DNA of 64,000 bases from Macrostomum hystrix (taxonomy: Eukaryota; Animalia; Platyhelminthes). The number at the start of each line of letters is the position of its first letter. The first letter of the stretch is position 1. The notes under the pieces are model-generated. The model ran no database searches, had not been told where the DNA came from, and saw nothing but the letters and a program-made list of their open reading frames with translations. Below are positions 59,112-64,000 of this stretch, piece after piece. Where the stretch lies: NCBI GenBank assembly GCA_950097015.1, contig CATNEN010000041.1:744001-808000 (forward strand). The letters run 5' to 3'. The translations under genes and the position numbers were made by a program.

Positions 59112-59848
59112 CTCATCAGTTTCCCGAGGTTAAATAGCAGCTGCGTCTCAGACAGGATTAGCAGTTTGACATGGAGACCGAAGTACTCTTTACCATTGGA
59201 GTGTTCACCGATAAGGTGTCCGCTTCTCTTTCTAGGCTAATTTTAGACCAATTAATTATGAAGCAAATGTATAGGAATACAGAACTCACGTCTGCGGCAG
59301 CTTTCTGTCAAACTGAGTCAAGCCTCAGTCATAGTATTTATTGAGCTTATTTTTGAAGATGAAGTGAAATAAAATCGCAACAGAGGGCATATTAGATGCG
59401 ATAGCGAAATAATGAAATCCTGATCCTCGCAACGCCATTAAAATCCTAATTTGAAATATTTGTCTCACGCTGGTCATAACCTCAGATACTGCATTATCTT
59501 ATGTAATTAACAATCAAGTTATTAAGTAAGTAAAGTAAGTAATTAATTAATTATTAGTATAGTGACTTAAGAAACTTAAGTAAAGTAAACAAGTATATTC
59601 ACAGGTCATCACCACAGCTATAATGGTATCTGTGGTCATCACCTTTAGAAAATGTCAACTACCGGAGAAGACTACTGTTAACGTCTACTGTTTCTTTTGA
59701 TCTTCTGAAATAAATACGCGGGTTTGGTGCATCAAGGACATCCTAGTATAGACTGAAAGGACTCTGAAAAGAAAGGCAGGTCTGAAATGAAGTTCCGATT
59801 GTTCGATTTGAACAAGAGTTTAGTCAAAATGAAAGAAGAGGTCAAGAA

Positions 59849-60135
59849 GAGGTTGTAGCCTAGTGGTTAGGGCGTCGGACTCACGACTTGAAGGGCGGGG
59901 GTTAGATTCCCGACTCCACTGAAACAATTTGTGTCCTTTAGCAAGACACTTAACTCTGCATTGCTTCAGTTCACCCAGCTGTTAAATGGGTACCAGCATT
60001 AGCTGGGCTAATTGAAGGTGGTTGTGGCATCCCCCCAGTCCATGGACTGAACAGCTGTACGCAGTCTTTAGATGCGCCGCGCAATAGCTGCGGCTGTGCT
60101 GTCGGCTGCACATCTGACCCGATTGGGACAGGTGT
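59849..60135 (+). mobile_element. CORE-SINE family B, copy 3 (full length)
   Basis: Head GGTTGTAGCCTAGTGGTTAGGGCGTCGGAC...GTTAGATTCCC; CORE-like block 59929-59992; 3' end GGTGTAAT shared with the other copies. Confidence 0.82.
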
Positions 60136-60754
60136 AATGAACTCAATGTAATCAATTGGTCAAAATAGGAAATAAAAACAATCAAACAATCCGTTGACTA
60201 GTGTCAAAAACCAGCAGCCCGAAGTTTCTATAACGAATCAAAAACGAATGTCAATCCTTCTCGATGCCCTGGACCTCAAGTTCTGGTTGGAGATCATTGT
60301 GCTGACGCACGAGCAGCCAGCTCCCTGGTGGCCATTGATCAAGGCGAAAGCGAAGAAACTGTTCTGAATCACCCAGTTGCTGTTGGCTGCCATCATCGAG
60401 CTGCACAGTCTCACAGGACCACGTCTGATTTGCTTCTCCTCTTGTGCTTTGTTTCAAAGTATCGGCCACCTCTTGGGCTAGCTGACTTGTGTCACATTCG
60501 TCCTTTTGGTTGTACAGAGTCTGAGCTGCCTTCACGAAGGCCGTGAGTATTATTGAGGCCGGAAAGTTGGTGCTTCTCGCAACGGAAAAGACTTTTTTGT
60601 CCACAGTTCCGCCTCGAGAACTGTAAAAAGCTTGAAACATCTCTTCTTGATCTCTTGTCTCGTCTCGTCTCGTCTCGCCCTAGAAAGCACAGTGTCGTAA
60701 ATTGATACGACACTTAATAAGGTTTCATCTGTTTATTAATATCACAATGAAATG

Positions 60755-62983
60755 TCATCTTACCCTGAGAGGCTGCTTTCGGTACTCGAAGCAAACTTTG
60801 GCTGGGAATGGGGCTTCACCAGTCTGCATATTTTGGTCCGTCCGTCCCGGCTGCGAGTCCGTGCCGTCTGCGAGCTCTTCTCCGCGGAAGTTTTCGTTCT
60901 GAACTGTCGGCTTAGCTTCTGCTGGCTGACGATCGGTAGAGAGCCACACGGCTATGGGGTGAAACCCTTCGTCCATCAGAGAAAGCACGGGGGAGACGTA
61001 GTTGTCGATAAGACATATAACACCGTCGGTCCGGAGAAGCTGAGCAAGGTCCGAGAAAAAGGCCCCGTTATTTTCCCCACCAGCGCCCACAAAGCTGAGA
61101 ACAACAAGGTCGAATGCCCCAGGCTTCATATGACAGTCCTGCATGTTACTGTGCACAAACACGCTCTTCACTAGGGCTTGGGACTCGCGTGGTTGTGTCG
61201 CACGGCTTTGCCGAATTGGCTCTTTTTTGTTCAGAAGAATGAGGCTCTGCTTGAACAGGAATGCTGCCTTCGGCCACCAGAACTTGTCAACACCAACGCA
61301 ATTGAGCGGGCGGGCTCCATGGTCCTGGTCAGCCCAGATCTCCATCACGGCCAGTAGCTCGCTGCCTGGACCGCAGCCCACAGACAGGACGCTGAAAGGT
61401 TCTCGAGCTGCTTCTTGGGTACTCATGCTCAAATCGAGCTGCTTCTTTATTATTGCTTTGAATGAAGCTTTAAACAATTCCACCTTCTGTGGCATGTGTT
61501 TCTTTATATACCCATTAAGCATATCCTGGGATTCGTAGTAGAAAACCCTATCCTTGCACACCGCTTCTTCCCAGAGTTCCAGTGCCTGCGATTCTTCGGC
61601 AGTGAGGCTACGATTTTCGAACAGCGATTTCGAACAACCTTTAAGTAGACTGTCCAGAGTGGCCTGCAGCACCTGCTGCCACTGCTTCAGGTCTCCATCT
61701 ACTGCCGCTGACCTCAGCATCCAGGAAATCAGCTCCACAACCAGCTCTTGGAGTGCAGGATTTTGCCTGCAAGCTAGCTCAATGAACCTAGGTTGTAATA
61801 AACAATAGCTCCTGAATGTTTTGTCAGATTGTGTAGTTTCCATGATCGAGTAACTCACTTGAGGCAGTCCTTACGCTCAAGTCCGTCTTCCGCGACCCCA
61901 TCTCCTGCAACAGCAGCATCGCTCCAGAGTCCCTGGCCAGTGAAGAATTCCCTGCACTGGGTCGCCAGATTCTCGATTCCTTCTGGCTTTGGATATAGCT
62001 GAAAATTAAGCCAAGTAGTTTATAATGGATTAAGCTTTTGGATTTTATGACGAGTACAATAATAAAAAAAAACCAACCCTAATTTTCTGGCAGACTTTCG
62101 TCCACTTCGTAGAAATTGACTTAAAATGTTCAAATAAAGGAGTAGGTATTTGTGTTTCGTCTCATATAAAGCCTTCATTTTAAGACGAAGCTCTTGTCTA
62201 AAGGCAAAAAATGATGGCTAGCGCACCTTGAATTCTTCGGAGCGAACTGACGAACGGAGGTCCTTAAAGAACTTCTCTGACCACTGCAATGTTTCGGAGT
62301 GGGCGAGTTACTTTTAATGTGTGCTTACTGTCAGGTGAAGGCATGACAGCTCATCGACTTACCGATGACGCTTCTAGAAGAGCTATGAGCCTGTCATCCC
62401 GGTTACAAAAGTACGCCACAATGTGCCGCCTTCTAGTTACCTGCTCCTGTAGAAAGAATGGATCGTAGCGGACGAGAAGCAATGACCAATATTTTGGTCA
62501 AGAATTACAAAAGCCTTCAAGGTAGGTCTTTTTGCCCAAAGCGTTAGCGAAAATTTACCATGAGCATCTCAAGAGTTTTCTGCAGCTCGCGGCTGCGCTC
62601 AGGGTCTGTCTCCGCTTCGCTCAGGTAGTGCAGTAGGATCCTGTGCAGGCAGCAGTAGACCCTGTCTGACAAGCAGCCAATGCGGTACAGGTGACTGAGG
62701 AATCTGGAGTGCAGATGAAGATCTCTGTAAGTTGTTGTGCCATGCTACTTCACCGGTGACAAAGTGCACAGGCGAATTGCAGCTCAACTTACAGAATGCA
62801 GTCCCGCTGTTGCAAGAGCATCGACCCATCGCATCCAGAGCATCGACATTCAAACTCCCTTCTGATAACGTCTGTAGCAATCACCTTCGCCCCTGGCTTC
62901 GAGCAGGTCAGGTCTGGCTGGTATTCGAATGCGGATCGGCACTGCTGAGCAAGGACTCGAGCCTCTTCGGAGTCTAAGGTCAG
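60755..62983 (-). CDS. MT5: multi-exon gene, MIF4G/HEAT-like helical N-terminus fused to the methyltransferase domain; 5' end not located. Exons 62983-62793, 62724-62559, 62446-62363, 62283-62227, 61998-61859, 61787-60755
   Basis: All five introns are GT-AG and keep one open frame. MT motifs VLSVGCGPGSELL, CVGVD, FDLVVLSF, ICLIDN. N-terminal DVIRREFE and SRFLSHLYRIGCLSDRVY resemble eIF4G MIF4G helices (resemblance judged by eye). Confidence 0.72.
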
Positions 62984-63010
62984 CTGCAGACGAAATTAAA
63001 TTCAAACGAG

Positions 63011-63131
63011 CTGCTATAGCCAGACTGCCATAACTATGCTGCTATAGCCAGACTGCCATAACTATGCTGCTATAGCCAGACTGCCATAACTATGCTGCTA
63101 TAGCCAGACTGCCATAACTATGCTGCTATAG
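63011..63131. repeat. Minisatellite, 28-bp unit CTGCTATAGCCAGACTGCCATAACTATG, about 4 copies
   Basis: Direct. Confidence 0.92.
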
Positions 63132-64000
63132 CGATATGGTGAGTGGGTGTGTGATATGGTGAGAGGGTGTTAGATATGGTGAGAGGGTGTTAGATATGGT
63201 GAGAGGGTGTTAGATATGGTGAGTGGGTGTGTGATATGGTGAGAGGGTGTGTGATATGGTGAGAGGGTGTTAGATATGGTGAGAGGGTGTTAGATATGGT
63301 GAGAGGGTGTTAGATATGGTGAGTGGGTGTTAGATATGGTGATTGGGTGTTAGATATTGTGAGAGGATGTGTGATATGGTGAGAGGGTGTTAGATATTGT
63401 GAGAGGGTGTTAGATATTGTGAGAGGGTGTTAGATATGGTGAGAGGGTGTTAGATATGGTGAGAGGGTGTTAGATATGGTGAGTGGGTGTGTGATATGGT
63501 GAGAGGGTGTGTGATATGGTGAGAGGGTGTTAGATATGGTGAGAGGGTGTTAGATATGGTGAGAGGGTGTTAGATATGGTGAGTGGGTGTTAGATATGGT
63601 GATTGGGTGTTAGATATTGTGAGAGGATGTGTGATATGGTGAGAGGGTGTTAGATATTGTGAGAGGGTGTTAGATATTGTGAGAGGGTGTTAGATATGGT
63701 GAGAGGGTGTTAGATATTGTGAGAGGGTGTTAGATATTGTGAGAGGGTGTTAGATATTGTGAGAGTGTGTGTGATATGGTGAGAGGGTGTGTGATATGGT
63801 GAGAGGGTGTTAGATATGGTGAGAGGGTGTTAGATATGGTGAGAGGGTGTTAGATATGGTGAGAGGGTGTTAGATATGGTGGAGGGTGTGCGATATGGTG
63901 AGCGGGTGTTAGATATGGTGAGTGGGTGTGTGATATGGTGAGAGGGTGTTAGATATGGTGAGAGGGTGTTAGATATGGTGAGAGGGTGTGTTATATGGTG
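63132..64000. repeat. Minisatellite, 20-bp unit GATATGGTGAGAGGGTGTTA, runs off window end
   Basis: Direct. Confidence 0.95.

Noticed and set aside
59849-59925. tRNA genes at SINE heads (also 17200-17267, 45590-45660, 55090-55158)
   Set aside because: A/B boxes are present but there is no full cloverleaf, and each continues into a shared SINE body
60251-60640. 129-aa minus-strand ORF as a further MT5 exon or separate gene
   Set aside because: The phase of the best donor (AGG|GTAAGA, about 60766) does not match this frame at the TTTTTACAG acceptor; no recognisable domain; unresolved
1-64000. CRISPR arrays (hairpin-containing repeats at 27.1, 33.4, 40.9 and 51.5 kb)
   Set aside because: Units are contiguous with no unique spacers, there are no cas genes, and the context is eukaryotic and intron-rich

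Overview
Eukaryotic invertebrate genomic DNA with GT-AG introns and a high density of minisatellites and SINEs. A free-living flatworm such as Macrostomum is my guess and cannot be proven from the sequence. Contents in order: (1) about 13 kb without recognisable exons; (2) the 3' part of a Fat-like cadherin gene (+, 13.1-22.8 kb: cadherin repeats, LamG, EGFs, TM, tail with YHWDTxDW); (3) a minus-strand cluster of short, apparently single-exon class I SAM-dependent methyltransferase-like paralogs (MT1-MT3, plus pseudogene MT4); (4) an intact RTE-like LINE inserted in MT4, with a 12-bp TSD, a (GAA)n tail, four C-terminal Zn fingers and a complete HDV-like self-cleaving ribozyme fold whose G1 is the first base after the TSD; (5) an ependymin-related gene (-); (6) two tandem Slo1/BK-family K+ channel paralogs (+) that lack the Ca2+ bowl, one with an aberrant selectivity filter (SMGYSS), sharing a 952-bp near-identical tract and each carrying a minisatellite that starts at a splice donor; (7) a spliced minus-strand gene (MT5) fusing a MIF4G/HEAT-like helical region to the same methyltransferase domain. 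The best candidates for undescribed biology are the methyltransferase family with its MIF4G-like fusion member, the ribozyme-headed LINE and the divergent Slo pair. All calls were made by eye, with no database searches.
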